Assembly: GCA_964188305.1 (NCBI GenBank)
Contig: OZ076886.1
Source: Podarcis bocagei
Taxonomy: Eukaryota
Reading direction: 5' to 3' (one strand)
DNA length: 64,000 bases
Shown here: in pieces, positions 11,346-24,287 of the stretch
Layout of the letters: every line of letters starts with the position of its first letter
Position numbering within the stretch: position 1 is the stretch's first letter
Translations under genes and position numbers: made by a program
The notes under the pieces: generated by a model
What the model saw: the letters and a program-made list of their open reading frames with translations, nothing else
Database searches by the model: none
What the model was told of the DNA's origin: nothing

Positions 11346-14300
11346 TAGAGGGAGGCAGCTAACTCCCGAAAAGCTTCACCTTAATTGTGGCCAGAGAAAT
11401 TTGGGGGTGGGGGGGGACATTTCACCGACCAGGGGAAGGAAAAATGATCCAAAAGTTTCTCAAGGGGGAGGGCTCACCATTAGCAAAGCACTACCACAGC
11501 TTCATTATTATTTTTATTATTATTCCTGCCAAAAGATTTGTTTTTTGCTAGCGTTGAAAGTGGCAGCAGAAATTGCGTCGGCTGCCGGGCTACCATTTTG
11601 CAGCTTCCACAACGCCCTGGGTCTACTGTCATTTCATGTTGTTTGCCAGGGGGCAAGGGAATTGAGGCCAGGCCAAAGAAACTGGTGGAAAAAATACTCG
11701 GAGGATATTCTACAAAGTGGTTTCAAAGCAGGGTGAGCAAAAGGAAAAAAACACATCACAAAAAAATTCTTCTGAGGAATTTTGGCTCAGCTGTAACTAA
11801 ATGACATGCTTCATCATTATAAAGCAGCTGGTCCTTCATATGCGAATCCCAGGCTAACTTGTATGCCCATTGCTAGGTACGGTCAAACTAGCAGCCAGTC
11901 AGCCCAGTGACTAGTCTTTGACAATGTCCCCTACAAAGGATGCCATCATCTGCTTACTCTGTCACACCCAAGTCACGACCAGCAGTCAGCCATCTAAGAT
12001 CACCCTGCCAGACCAGCTATGGGCTGTCTCAAAGACAAACACTGTTCACTTGCTGACCGCAACATCAGGAACAGTGACCTGCATATGTGAAATGAGTCGT
12101 AATGTTAGCCCAGATCTAACATTACATGCTGAATTTTCATATCGTTCTGAAGCTAAGCAAGGCTGAGACTGGTCACTTCCTGATAGTATATACTATCTAG
12201 GAACTCTATGTATGTTTCATTGATTTCCATAGGGCATGAATGTAACATTTTTTTATTTTTAAAAAATGCCAAATATGAGATGTTCACTCTTTTTCTTCCC
12301 ACAATAAGGATAACATAGGCCCCTTTCTCCACATAATGCATGGCCAGCCTCACATATATCGTATTTTCCAACGGGTTATTTTCCCTTTAGTCACTGATCA
12401 TATAAAGATGGAAGATCCTTACCCCTTTTCCCTCCTAGGATTTCACCCTTTCCTGTGCAGTCCTTCATCTTTAACATAAAAACAACAAGAATGGCATATG
12501 GTATTCAAGGTGTGGTTATTTAATTGAAATGCCAGTTCTGAAACAGAGGTCCTGGTTTTGACCTTTTATTTCAGATTAGCGTTTGCCTGCATTATATATG
12601 TACCGCAAAGAGGTTTTACTGTAGATGTACTGAATGGGGGGGAAACGGAATGGGACGAATTCAGAATGGACATTCCAAGCCTATAATTATGACAATAGAT
12701 TTTATATGAACAAAAGCATACAGAATTTTGTAGTGGCAAGGTTCGAGTGTTGGATCAAGAGTACCCAGTTAGTCCCACTCAGTTATGAAACTCACTGGGC
12801 AAGCTTAGGCTAGGAACTATATCAGTTCCTGATATAACCTACCTCTCAGGGTTGTTGTGGGTATAACATGGGAAGAAAACTATGCAGGGTACTTTGGTGT
12901 TCTTTGGAGGAAAGCCTGGATGATAATTCAACAAACATAATGAAGCAAAAGACAGGAATGCAACCAAAACAATGGATATATAATTGAAATAGCAGCACAG
13001 TCCTGTACCTATCTACTCAAAATATAGCTCAGTGGGAATGACTTACTGGATTGCACTCCCAGGCGGAGGGGGATTCATAAAACTTTCAACACATACAAAA
13101 TGAAAAAGGAGAAACCCAAATAGAACATAATTGGGATTAGTTGAAGAAAACAGGGAGAATGGGTCCGTTCAGCTGGCCTGCAGGTGAAAGATGAGAGGGG
13201 ACTCATACACCTTAAATTAAAGATGAGAGGGGACTCCTACACCTTAAATTACACATTAATTAAAATTAAATTAAATTACACATTAAATTACACATTTTTG
13301 TCTACTTGAAGAAGCCATGGTCCGATCTGAAAAATACAAATAGTTAGGTTACGAAACTATAAAAATAAAGAAAAATTAAGTTTGCAAAACAGTAATTACC
13401 ATGTGGTTAGGGTAGATCAACGTGTCAGTGTCCACTTATCCCCAGTGTAAATATGACATATCGGCAAAAGTCGGAAATTGAAAGATAACTATACCATGTA
13501 CATGAAAATTGATTTCAGATTTGAAATCAGCATTGAAAGAACATATAAGAACAGTTGAAAAATCTCATGCAAGAGAAAATGGAGGGGGGGAATTGTTCCC
13601 CACTGTTATAGTTGTGTAGAAAACGGGAGTTTAAGTAAGCCCTGTTGAAAAATGCCTCTTCTATGCAACTATTATAGGTGCAGGAGACCTCTCTCTTCTT
13701 TTCCACCTGGCCACCCTACCTGTAGGGTTGCTAACTGATCGGGGGGCGGGGGGGAAACAGCTGCAGCCAACCAAACAGTCTGACCTATCTTTAACAACAG
13801 CTTGATATACAAGAAGCTTTTCATGCTGGGGAGTTATATGAGATTACCTGGCAACCGACACTGATCGAACCGCTGATAAAGGGGCTGAGTGAGGAGTTCG
13901 CAACCCTGCCAGACAGAGTCTCTACCTTGAGTAATTCATCTAAATGTCTGTGTTACAGGTGCCTTGAAATCCAAAGTTTATCGCGGGGGGGGGGGGGAGG
14001 CATTGCAAGTCAGACTTGGCCAAGCAGGAGAAAGGTGGTAGAAAAGACTTGGGCGGGGAAAAGACCAAGCTGTAGACACGTGTATTGTGAATCACAGGGC
14101 TTCCTTACTCCTGTCGCAACCAAAAATGTAATGACTATTGCTAAATTACAGCAAGAGAACAGTCAAATCTCAAATGGCTGTCCTGTAGGCTTCATTGCAT
14201 GTGGTGACAGGAATCTAAAACTGCACAAGTTTCAAAGTACAATTGTGTAATGCAACACATCAAAACGATTCCAACCATACATTTCTATGATTCTATTGGC

Positions 14301-14387
14301 ATAGGCATGTGCCAGTCAACCATTGGACCAAATAAAAACCTTCCCAGGTTCTGTTTAGGGGTGGGGACAGAACAGGTGGGGCATTCC

Positions 14388-14998
14388 CGTGGGGTATGAA
14401 ACACAAGAGCAGTCAAGTACAACATTCCTAGAGTGAACATGTTTACACATGCGGAAGAATGTTTGTCCAGCCAGCAGGTAAACTTCCTGTTTCCTTCTGG
14501 GCTGGGACAGACTTCATCTACATGTGACCAGAGGTGGACGTGGCCTCACCTGTGCAGGTAACGACAAAAGCACAGGGCAGCCATCTCTCTCTCTGACTAC
14601 TTTCGTCGAAGAAGCAACATCTGCTTAGCCAAAGATGCTCTCTTTGCCTCCAGCCAAGAGAGAACAAAGGGACTGTCTCTTTATGGGATAGTTTCCAAGT
14701 GTATGTTACTTTTCTAAGATAAGTCTGCCTTCTGGGATCCGATTGTGAACAGAATGTGAGTGAGTAAACTCTTTTATACTTTTATAGAAGACTGTGTCGT
14801 GTCTTATCTTTTATAAGGGAATAAAAGGGAAAATACTAGGACAGTTATTATAGAGGCTTTAGTGAGCCTGAGCAAACGCATCCGCTGTGAGTTTAAAAAG
14901 GAAAATGTTACTCTGCTAAATTGTGAACTTGTTTACACAAGTTGGAAAGGCTATAATCAAACAATATATCCTCTCCTGCATCCCTGAACATTCCCACA
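14388..14998. mobile_element. Solo LTR (611 bp)
   Basis: Termini (T>C)GTGGGGTATG...CATTCCCACA; 5-bp TSD ATTCC on both sides; internal AATAAA near 14820. Confidence 0.75.
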
Positions 14999-16311
14999 AT
15001 TCCCTCCTCATTGGTCAAGTTTGGGGTTCTTTTCTGTAGCTCTTTAGGTATTCAGCCTTTGTAGCTCACTTGCCACTAGCTAGTCAAGAAGCTCGTTTAC
15101 CTCACTGTTCAAGGTGTTGTATACCACAAAAACCCACCAGGCATTAGCACCCTGGAAAGTCCTGCTTCCTCCCTCCTCTAAAAGGATCATATGCAAAGTT
15201 ACTGAGAGAACCCTGAAGGATACACACTGCAGAGAACTCGCAGCACAGCGAGTTTCCCAAGCAGCGTTTCCCAAGCAAAACAGACCAGAACATGCTAGAA
15301 GAGTTCTGGGTTAAAAAATATATATTTAAAAAAGCTCTGGGTTCAGCTGGTGTTTCTTCTCCCCAGAAATGTTTGGCAAGGCCATTATTGTTTTCTCCTT
15401 TCCAGAATGATTGGTTCCCCATCTGCCTGCCCTGCCTCCAGGGCAAAGAGGAATCGCACAGCACAGCAGGGAGAGGCCTGTGTTACATTGCAACCCAATT
15501 TGCTACGCATTTCCACACCATTTGCTTCCCTTTCTCTCTCCTGTGCTGGAAAGACATTTGCTGCCCGGGGGGTCTTCGCTGACCAAGGAGCTGGACTGCA
15601 AAGTCCAGAAAAGCGGCCTGTCAGGGGACCAGCTTGGGGGTTGTTCCAGGTGTTCCTATGGTAACCCAAAAGCCTCGGGGGAACAAGAAGAGTCTCTGGC
15701 CAGCTGACTGATGGAGATGCTAAATCCAGACATGCACACAGGGTTTTAAAAAAATGTTAAGGCACATTCAGATTTGGACATTCTGCTGGCAAATGCCTTC
15801 TGAACTGCGACTACTCTATGCCATTTACAGGTGTGTATATATATACATATATGGCAGTCGTCTTTTCATATCACATTACTGGGCAATATGGAACGTATTC
15901 ATGGACTTATACTACTTTCCATTCAATACCTGTTTTAAGCTGGGAAGCCCCTTAGGAGCAACCTACCTTAAGGGACACCTTCTTCCGCATGAGCCCACCA
16001 ACACGTTCAGATCTGACTCAAAAGCACTTCACCAGATTTTCCATCACCACCACACAGGTAGAGAGGGCAAAACAGTCCTTTGCAGCAGTAGAAACACAGG
16101 GCTGGAATTATCTCCCTGGAGAGACTTTTGTTGTGATAAATTATGTTCTATTAAGTTTCAGCATTTTTAACATGCGCAATCAAAATACAATTTCTTCTTC
16201 TCTCCTATTTTTATGAACTTCCCACCCTGTTTTCCATGGAGTTGTTGTTTCTCCCCTTCTGCTGCACCTATCTTCTATTAAATAAATAACCACAATATTA
16301 TAATCTAGTTA

Positions 16312-16524
16312 CAGTGGTACCTCGGATTAAGAACTTAATTCGTTCTGGAGGTCCGTTCTTAACCTGAAACTGTTCTTAACCTGAGGTACCACCTTAGCTA
16401 ATGGGGCCTTGCGCCACCGCCATGCAATTTCTGTTCTCATCCTGAGGTAAAGTTCTTACCTAGGTATTATTTCTGGGTTAGTAGAGTCTGTAACCTGAAG
16501 CGTCTGTAACCCGAGGTACCACTG
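16312..16524 (+). mobile_element. Tc1/mariner MITE family A
   Basis: Same TIRs and TA TSD. Confidence 0.92.
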
Positions 16525-17644
16525 TACTTCTGTTGCTCATAGTTCAAATCCTGCTCACGAGTTCACCATGCTATAATATTTATTTAAATAGTATGGAAAA
16601 GGTGCCTGGCACAGACTAATGTACTTCTAACACCAAATTTTCCATGGATAGGGCTACTGTTAGGGTGGTCCAGGGGACCCAAGCCCTGGTTGTGTCATGC
16701 TGGGCAGATCTGTCCATCACCCATAAAAACCCATTAAAAAACAACAGCATGTAAGGGTGGCTGGTCACCCTGCAAAACACAATGCCAGTGAGACCCAGCT
16801 ACCCACTGTCTTAATTTTCCCGAAGGCATGTGCAATAGCTGGACATGGGTAGGGAAAGTGCAATGTGTGGGGAGAGTCTTGCTAGATTTTAGAAAAGACT
16901 TGACTTAGTTTTACCATGTACGTAAACAGCAGATTTTGCCAAAAGATTGCAAAATCCACATGCATTGTACTGGGGCCAGAATATTACGTCAGCGCCCATA
17001 ACTCACCATGTGAGCCCTGACAGCAAGAGCTAAAATATGTTCCCCTCTGAAAGTAAGCCTAGGTTTGCAACTGAACATACAAGTTAGCATATACAATTTT
17101 TATTCACATTTGTGTTGTGGGCTTTGGAAATGCCCTTGCCTAGGCCTATTGGATTTGTTTAATTCTGCTTCTTCCTGGTTATCTTGTCTGCTGCATTTTA
17201 AACTTTTTTTTTCAAAATTGATGTTATTATGGATTTTAAAAATCATTGTATACTGCTATAAAAACCTTCCAGACTGAAGGGGAGAGTGGGGAATAAATAC
17301 ACAGCTAAGTAATAAATTAAAAATATGTACTCATTGCGCTGGGCTGGTGAAGGACATGAATGTAGCAGGTCTACATTTTTCATGAGCTGCAATCTGGAAC
17401 ACTCCAATTTCAGTGCTTAAAATTAAAGCTGGAATTAAATGGAAGAAATTATTTTGACTATCAAAGAAGATAATCTCAGTAATTCCTTATTACATAGGAA
17501 AAAAATCACTAAGGCTTCAATCCTTAACCTACTTACCTGGGAGTAATCCCCACTGAATTCAATAGGGTTTACTTCTGAGTAAACAAGGTGAAAATATATT
17601 AAATGGAAGCAAAATCATCTGGCCTTTTCTCTATAAACAATCTC

Positions 17645-17983
17645 TACTTGATTAGAACGTGGTGCTGATAACACCAAGGTTGCAGGTTTGATCCCTGTAC
17701 AGTATAGTACAACTAAATATTTCTGCAATGCAGGGGGTTGGACTAGATGAGGGGTTGTCAACCTGGTCCCTATCACCCACTAGTGGGCATTTTAGGATTC
17801 TAGGTGAGCGGTAGAGGGTTCTATGGCACAAGCTGAATCCTCCTTCCATCGAGCACTGGTGGGTGGTAAGGAAATTTTACCATCAAGAAAGATGCATTAG
17901 TGGGCGGTAGGTATAAAAAGGTTGACTACCTCTGGACGAGATGGTCCTCAGGGTCCCTTCCAACTCTACAATTCTTTGATTCA
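17645..17983 (+). mobile_element. tRNA-derived SINE with CR1-like tail, interrupted by the hAT MITE
   Basis: Head GTGGTGCTGATAACACCAAGGTTGCAGGTTTGATCCC; tail GGTCCCTTCCAACTCTACAATTCT; related copy at 62372. Confidence 0.8.
17749..17934. mobile_element. hAT MITE nested in a SINE
   Basis: Imperfect TIRs (GTCAACC / GGTTGAC); 8-bp TSD GACTAGAT/GACGAGAT. Confidence 0.8.
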
Positions 17984-18165
17984 TCTACTGCTTTTACACC
18001 CCTCCAACCAGGACCATTTTAACAAGTACCTCCAAGAAGTAAGACCCAGAGAGTGAAAACACTGGGAGACCAAAGCGTTGTGGGTTGAGCTACTTCCTGA
18101 CAAACATTGGGTTCCAATTCCTAGAAGGGCCATGGCAGAAAGTCCTTCCCTATGACCACATAAAT

Positions 18166-18301
18166 CAGGTTTCCTCAAACTCAGCCCTCCAGATGTTTTG
18201 AGGCTACAATTCCCACCATCCCTGACCACTGGTCCTGCTAGCTAGGAATCATGGGAGTTGTAGGCCAAAAACATCTGGAGGGCCAAGTTTGAGGAAGCCT
18301 G
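18166..18301. mobile_element. Palindromic hAT MITE
   Basis: TIRs CAGG(T/C)TTCCTCAAACT; exact 8-bp TSD ACATAAAT; decayed relatives near 32540-32670, 44850-44965 and 62508-62640. Confidence 0.9.
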
Positions 18302-18407
18302 ACATAAATAGTTGACGGGTGCAGGAAGAGGAGCCGTACAGGAGGATCTCCCATAGCAATAAAGGAAGCAGTCCTAAGATTTGACACTTGTCCATATGAG
18401 GTGACTA

Positions 18408-18633
18408 CAATGGTACCTCAGGTTAAGAACTTAATTCAGTCCGGAGGTCTGTTCTTAAGCTGAAACTGTTCTTAACCTGAGACACCACTTTAGCTAATGG
18501 GGCCTCCTGCTGCCGCTGCACCACTGCTGCACGATTTCTGTTCTCATCCTGAAGCAAAGTTCTTAACCTGAGGTACTATTTCTAGGTTACCAGAGTCTGT
18601 AACCTGAAGCGTCTGTAACCCGAGGTACCACTG
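18408..18633 (+). mobile_element. Tc1/mariner MITE family A
   Basis: Same TIRs (one substitution) and TA TSD. Confidence 0.92.
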
Positions 18634-20119
18634 TATTGCCTAAATAGTCAGCTAAATAAAATTCCCAAAGCAGTACCAATAACAAAACTAGCAAAATACT
18701 TTTTAATAAACACATTCATTTAAAAGCAACAACAATAAGACAGTAGTCCTATACACACTTACCTGGAATTCTGTGGACTCCAACTAAAATACTTAAAATA
18801 AAATAAAATAAAAAATCTTAACTTGGTACCTGAAGCCTAATTGTGGGCACCTGGGGAGGTAATTCTATCAAGAGGTGCTACCACCAAAGAGGCCCTTTCT
18901 CTGGTTACCCCCTGCTTCACGTCTGGCAGTAGGGGTAACTTAGAGAACAAACTAACATGCAATCCTTAATGCATGTGGAATAAAACAGCTCTTCTGTTCT
19001 CCACTTCCCCAAGCTGGGGCTGTGGGGAGCATTTCCACACATCCTGAGATGCCAGAAGCTTGGCAGCGAGATGGGAAAGGGTTGGTGAAGCAGCTGACTT
19101 TCAGCCTCCTAAGATGAGCTTCTCACATGACAGGAGGCCATACATAAATGTATGCCCCTGACCTCTAAGAGTGGGGAAACCAATCTGCAGCACCTGCCCC
19201 ACCCCCTATTCCCTGAGCCCCACAGAGAGGGGGAAAGACAGCGACCCCATTGAGTAGACAGAGAAAAGCACTTAATGGCTGTGATAGCCAAGGGGCATAG
19301 AGACTGGTGCTGCAGTTAAGGAGCATAATTAATTCCATACCACATGTCCAAATGTCATGTTTTCCTTTCCCCACAAAGTATACTCCAAGCCTAGCTACTT
19401 GAAAATTTTACATCGTTTTGCCTTCTGCAACATACAGCATAAAACATTCCAAGGATTTCTGGCATACCTGGTTAAGAAGTGGAATGGGGAGGCCCTGTCT
19501 AGATGAGTCAGGATCTCATTTTGAAAATGCCCAAGGCGCTCCGTGGTTGCTGAGCAAGGAAACAATCAGAAATTCCCCCTGCCAGGCCTGGAGGCTCAGC
19601 TGACTGACTCCTCTTAGTCTTCCCTAGACTTGGAGGCCCTGTAGTCAGAGGGTAAAACAGGGGCTCAAGGAGAACCATTCCAGCTTGCTCAGCCGTGTGT
19701 GGACACAAGGCCAGCTTGTCAATTCCCCCACTGAAAACGGAGAAGGTTCCAGTTTTCTGTAAGACCACCAGAGTAGGGTATCTGAAAAGGAATGAGTGGG
19801 CGATCATGTACATTGGCTTGCAAAGCTCTCTCACTTTCCCTTAGGGTAGGGAGGTGGTAGGCAACCCTTGGCCCTCAGCCTGATTTCAAATGCTCTCTGC
19901 AAGCTCGTCTCAGACCTCTGGAGCAGGAGAGACAAGGGAGTGGCAGGAAGCAAGAGAGAAAAAGGGTGGCTCCGCTTGCCACTAGCATGCAACCCCCTAC
20001 CGATTACCAGTGCAGCCACCTCCAGGGAATGCAGTCCTTGACTGGGACAGTCCCCTGCCCCCACTGCCTTAGAGAAGTCTTGACTAACAGACTAAAAGAA
20101 CTCAAATGCTTGCTCACTA

Positions 20120-20409
20120 CCATATTTTTCGCTCTATAAGACACACTTTTTCCCTCCTAAAAAGTAAGGGGAAATGTGTGTCCGTCTTATGGAGCGAATT
20201 CAGGCTGTGCAGCTATCGCTGAAGCTAGGAGAGCAAGGCGGATCGGTGCACACCAATCCCTCTTGCTCTTCTGGCTTCAGCGATAGCCATGCAAAGCCTC
20301 TTGAGTGCAGCGGGAGTGCTCCTGCCTCTCTTCGCTCAAGAGGCTTTGCGTTGCTTTCTTGTTTTCCTCCTCTAAAAACTAGGTGCATCTTATAGAGTGA
20401 AAAATATGG
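20120..20409. mobile_element. Tc1/mariner MITE family B
   Basis: Same TIRs and TA TSD; opposite orientation to the 5950 copy. Confidence 0.9.
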
Positions 20410-21236
20410 TATATTGTGTGGCATTTTGTCTGACCCAATAAAGCTATTGCCCTACAAAGGATTTCAGGATTTTCCCTTAAGGGTCAAAAAAGCTATCTTT
20501 GCTTTTTCTGTGACTTCGGAGAATACTGAATTTACCTGCTCAAGAGGACAACGCTAAACTGGAGGGAAATCATTTCATATCAGAATAATTATGGGACTTT
20601 ATTCTGAGGATACATCCCCTCCAACAGCTAGATAAAACTACCTGATTTGGCTTCTGTTAACTTTGTCCTACCCCACCAAAAATTCATCTCTGTGGCTTCA
20701 CCAACATTAAGATTGGTGTGTATCTATTTCTTGCTGTTCTCTTCCATGCGGAGCCCGTGTTTCTCTCTTAAGGCTGGACATAGATCTAAAGAACTGGTGG
20801 ATTTTATGTTTTGAAAAACATGGTGAATTGCCCATGTTGTTTCCTCATTCATCCCTACCTTAGGTGTTACCTGAAACCTGCATAGTATCTAGAAAACCCT
20901 AATCAAGTCTGCTATCTCTTGCAGACTTCATGGCTTTAACAGCAAACCAGTTTGTCTCTTCTGCCCCACATTTCTCAAGAAGAGTTCTGGAGAATTCAAA
21001 AGCTTGCTCACTCGTTTGTGCCATTCTGGGTGCTGTACTATGGATTTTGCAATATGTTTAAATCTGTTCTAGGACCAATGCCAACTATTACTCTTTAGTT
21101 GTCTTGGATGGAAATTGCAACCTCCAATGACCTATTTCAATTAACGTGGGGGAGGAAAGGACTTGCCCAGGAATTTGTGGAAACCAAAAAAATTGTGATT
21201 TTTAAATGGATAGTGTAATTGTGAGGTTGGATCCTC

Positions 21237-21720
21237 CAAAATCACATTTTGATCCACCATCTCAATTCAAAATGGCAGCTGGCATCAAAACAGCAATGAA
21301 GTCCACTACTTTGGCAATCCTCATGCCAAATTTTGCAATGATACCTTGAGAGACAGCCAGACCTATACCCAAAAACTGACAGTGTCATGCCACAGTAATA
21401 TTTCAGTCTGCCATTTTGATTCAGGATGTCACCTCATGGTCCAAATAGTGACAAAGCCCACTGCCTCCATCTCAGAAACCCTTGCGCTGTTTGGTGGTGA
21501 CATCTCAAGAGGCAGATGAACCTAGGCCAAAAACCAGGCAAAGTCACACAAAAGTTATATTCTGGTCTACTCTTGAGTCAAAATTACGTCCAACGTCCCA
21601 ACATTGATGAAAACTACCACTCCCACCCGGGAACCCTTGTGCCAAATTTGGCAACCATATATTGAGAGGTGGCCAAACTTATTGTGAATGGACAAAACAT
21701 TTCCCAGAATATAAAGTAGT
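21237..21720 (+). repeat. Three diverged ~155-bp tandem units
   Basis: Recurrent motifs at ~155-bp spacing (units start near 21237, 21391 and 21551). Confidence 0.6.
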
Positions 21721-22231
21721 GTTGCATGCCACCCCAATCTCCAAGCAGTGCAAGACTCCAGGAATTCCAGGTGCTTACCCAGAGTTCAGTTTCCTCAAAT
21801 TAGGAACAACAGAGACTGTGGTGTCCTTATATGGTTATTAACACATATATACAACCTGAGCCTATGACGGAGGGCCTCACAGCATTAGCACCTCAAGGAG
21901 GCCTTGCTTCTCCCATAGCTACAACTCTCAACGCTGGCCTTTTGTCTCTCAAACTACCAGCAAATTGAGGGAGGGGGGCCGAGCCATTGACATCTGGCAC
22001 AGAGTCACTTCCTTTGCTACCTTAATGGCCCATACTTACGAGGGTCATTACTTCACTAGGAAGTTAGTTTAGCTATTCCAGGAATTGAATCTGTGCTGGA
22101 TCCAGGAGTAGATTGGGAAGGACACACACCTTTGGCACCCGTGATTTATTAGCTTTCCTGTAATGTCCAGCTGACATCTGGGTGTTTTTCAGGACTTGAC
22201 TTGACTCTGTATTGCCTTCTGATTGAGAGAC

Positions 22232-22400
22232 CAGTGGCGTAGCGTGGGGGGTGCAGGGGGGGCCGGCCGCACCGGGCGCAACATCTGGGGGTTAGGGTTA
22301 GGGTGCGCAAATCCACAGGTTAGGGGGCGCAAATCCACGGGTTAGGGGGCGCAAATTACTTGCCTTGCCCCGGGTGCTGACAACCCACGCTACGCCACTG
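22232..22400. mobile_element. hAT MITE with internal TTAGGG-containing tandem repeat
   Basis: Perfect 17-bp TIR CAGTGGCGTAGCGTGGG; exact 8-bp TSD TGAGAGAC. Confidence 0.92.
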
Positions 22401-24035
22401 TGAGAGACGAATGTTGTCCTTTAATATATCAGGACCATTTGCTGTTGCTGTGCTGTTGACCCATCTGAATTCTCACCTTCCCCTACCAAAAGGAGGAATT
22501 AATCTGCACTTTTTACAGGTTTTCTAGAAATGTTGAAAGAGTCCATCATGCATGTAACTAGTAGCATTTAGGGTTCCATACACACCGTACATCTGAAGCA
22601 TGTGACTTTCCCCCAGAGACTCCTGGGAGTGGAAAGGAGGAATGTCAATAATGTATAACCCAGTGACACAGCTTGGGTTTTTAATTACAAGGAGTGGGCA
22701 AGGAAGAGTTACCGTTGAAGGCCCTGAGTGCGATTAGAAACTGATCAATTCGGCAATTCAAGTATGCTTTACAAAAAAGAAGAAACAAACCAGTGCTTAT
22801 TTGGAAATAAAAGCGGTTTATTCTGATATGTTCAACTGAAGACACCCAGAGACGTTTCAAAGGAAGAGCATTGCCAACTACAGCTAAAAAGAAAATGTTG
22901 TCAGCAGAAGCATAAAAAAGTTTAATAACAATTCATTCATAGTAAGATAGCACCATTTTTAAATATTAACAAGAAACCCCCATTCATCCACTGAATATGC
23001 TCTCACATACTCCAACTTTAGCCAGTCTCTCCTAACCCCAAAGTCTTCGCTTCTTCAAATTCCTGCCAACCCCCCCCCCCCATGCCCTCCTCACCACTGT
23101 GTGATGTTTGCCATTTGTGTTTTAAAACACATACAATACAACAGAACTAATTTTCAGGATTCTGGAGTTTTTGTTTTGTTTTGGCTTTAGGAATCCAAAA
23201 GCTCTGGTTTAAGTTTGTATAAGCCTTAAGTCACTTAGAACTACACTGTTTGCATTACTGAACAACAAAGTGTTTGGTGGCTTCTTAAAGACTAACAAAT
23301 TTATGATAAGCTTTCATGGACTAATTTTTAAAAGAACTTTGCAAGCGGTAAGCTCAGACAAAAGCAAGCTGTCCTTCCCCCATCCCTAAAGACTGTCCTC
23401 ATGCTGACATTCTTTACATCTTCTTTTTTCCAGAAAAGTCAAAGCGTAGTATAAACCTTTACATAACTAATCAAGAGGCAGTGCTCAAGGCATCAATCAT
23501 TAAGGCAGCAACCCTATGTGCACTTAGTTGGAGGTTAGCTCTATTAAATTTACCTCAGAGTCAACATGCATAGGATTGGGCTGAATTGCTCTCTGCCTGC
23601 CTCCTATACATTGGGCCCATGTATGTGTGAACAGACTGTAGATTTGATCACATTCATGAGCAGCTGGTGCCAATGTTCAGCATGGAATGCTGAATCCCCA
23701 ATAACACTTGCCTTATTATGTTCTAACACTGGTACCATTGACAAATCTGCTATCCAGAGGCACAAATGATGATAGTGAACAGGACCCTCCTCTCTTACAT
23801 GTGCCCTGTTAAGAGTCAGCACTGGCAGAAGAAGAAAAGTATCTTAGCTCATGTGTTTGAAAGTTTCCTCTTTTCCGCTCATCTGAATTGCAAGTCACGA
23901 ACTTTTATTTTACAATCCTTTATTTACATCATCCTTAAGTGTTTGTTCATATGGCCTGGTTTTATATACATGGTTTTAGGGCACCATATCCTCTCTTTAA
24001 GTGGACAAAATTTCGTAAAATAGATCAATACTAAT

Positions 24036-24287
24036 GAACCAGGAAGAGGGCCTTCTTGTTAGTGGCACCTGCCCTGTGGAACACCCTCCCATCAGGTGTC
24101 AAGGAAATAAACAACTATCTGACTTTTTGAAGACACCTGAAAGCAGCCCTATTTAGGGAAGTTTTTAATGTTTGATCTTTTATCGTGTTTTTAGTGTTCT
24201 GTTGGGAGCTGCCTAGAGCAGCTGGGGAAACACAGCCAGATGGGCAGGGTATAAATAATAAATTATTATTATTATAATATTATTATT
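24036..24287 (+). mobile_element. L2-type LINE 3' fragment
   Basis: Reverse-complement match to 7634-7900; ends in AATAAA plus (TTA)n. Confidence 0.85.
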
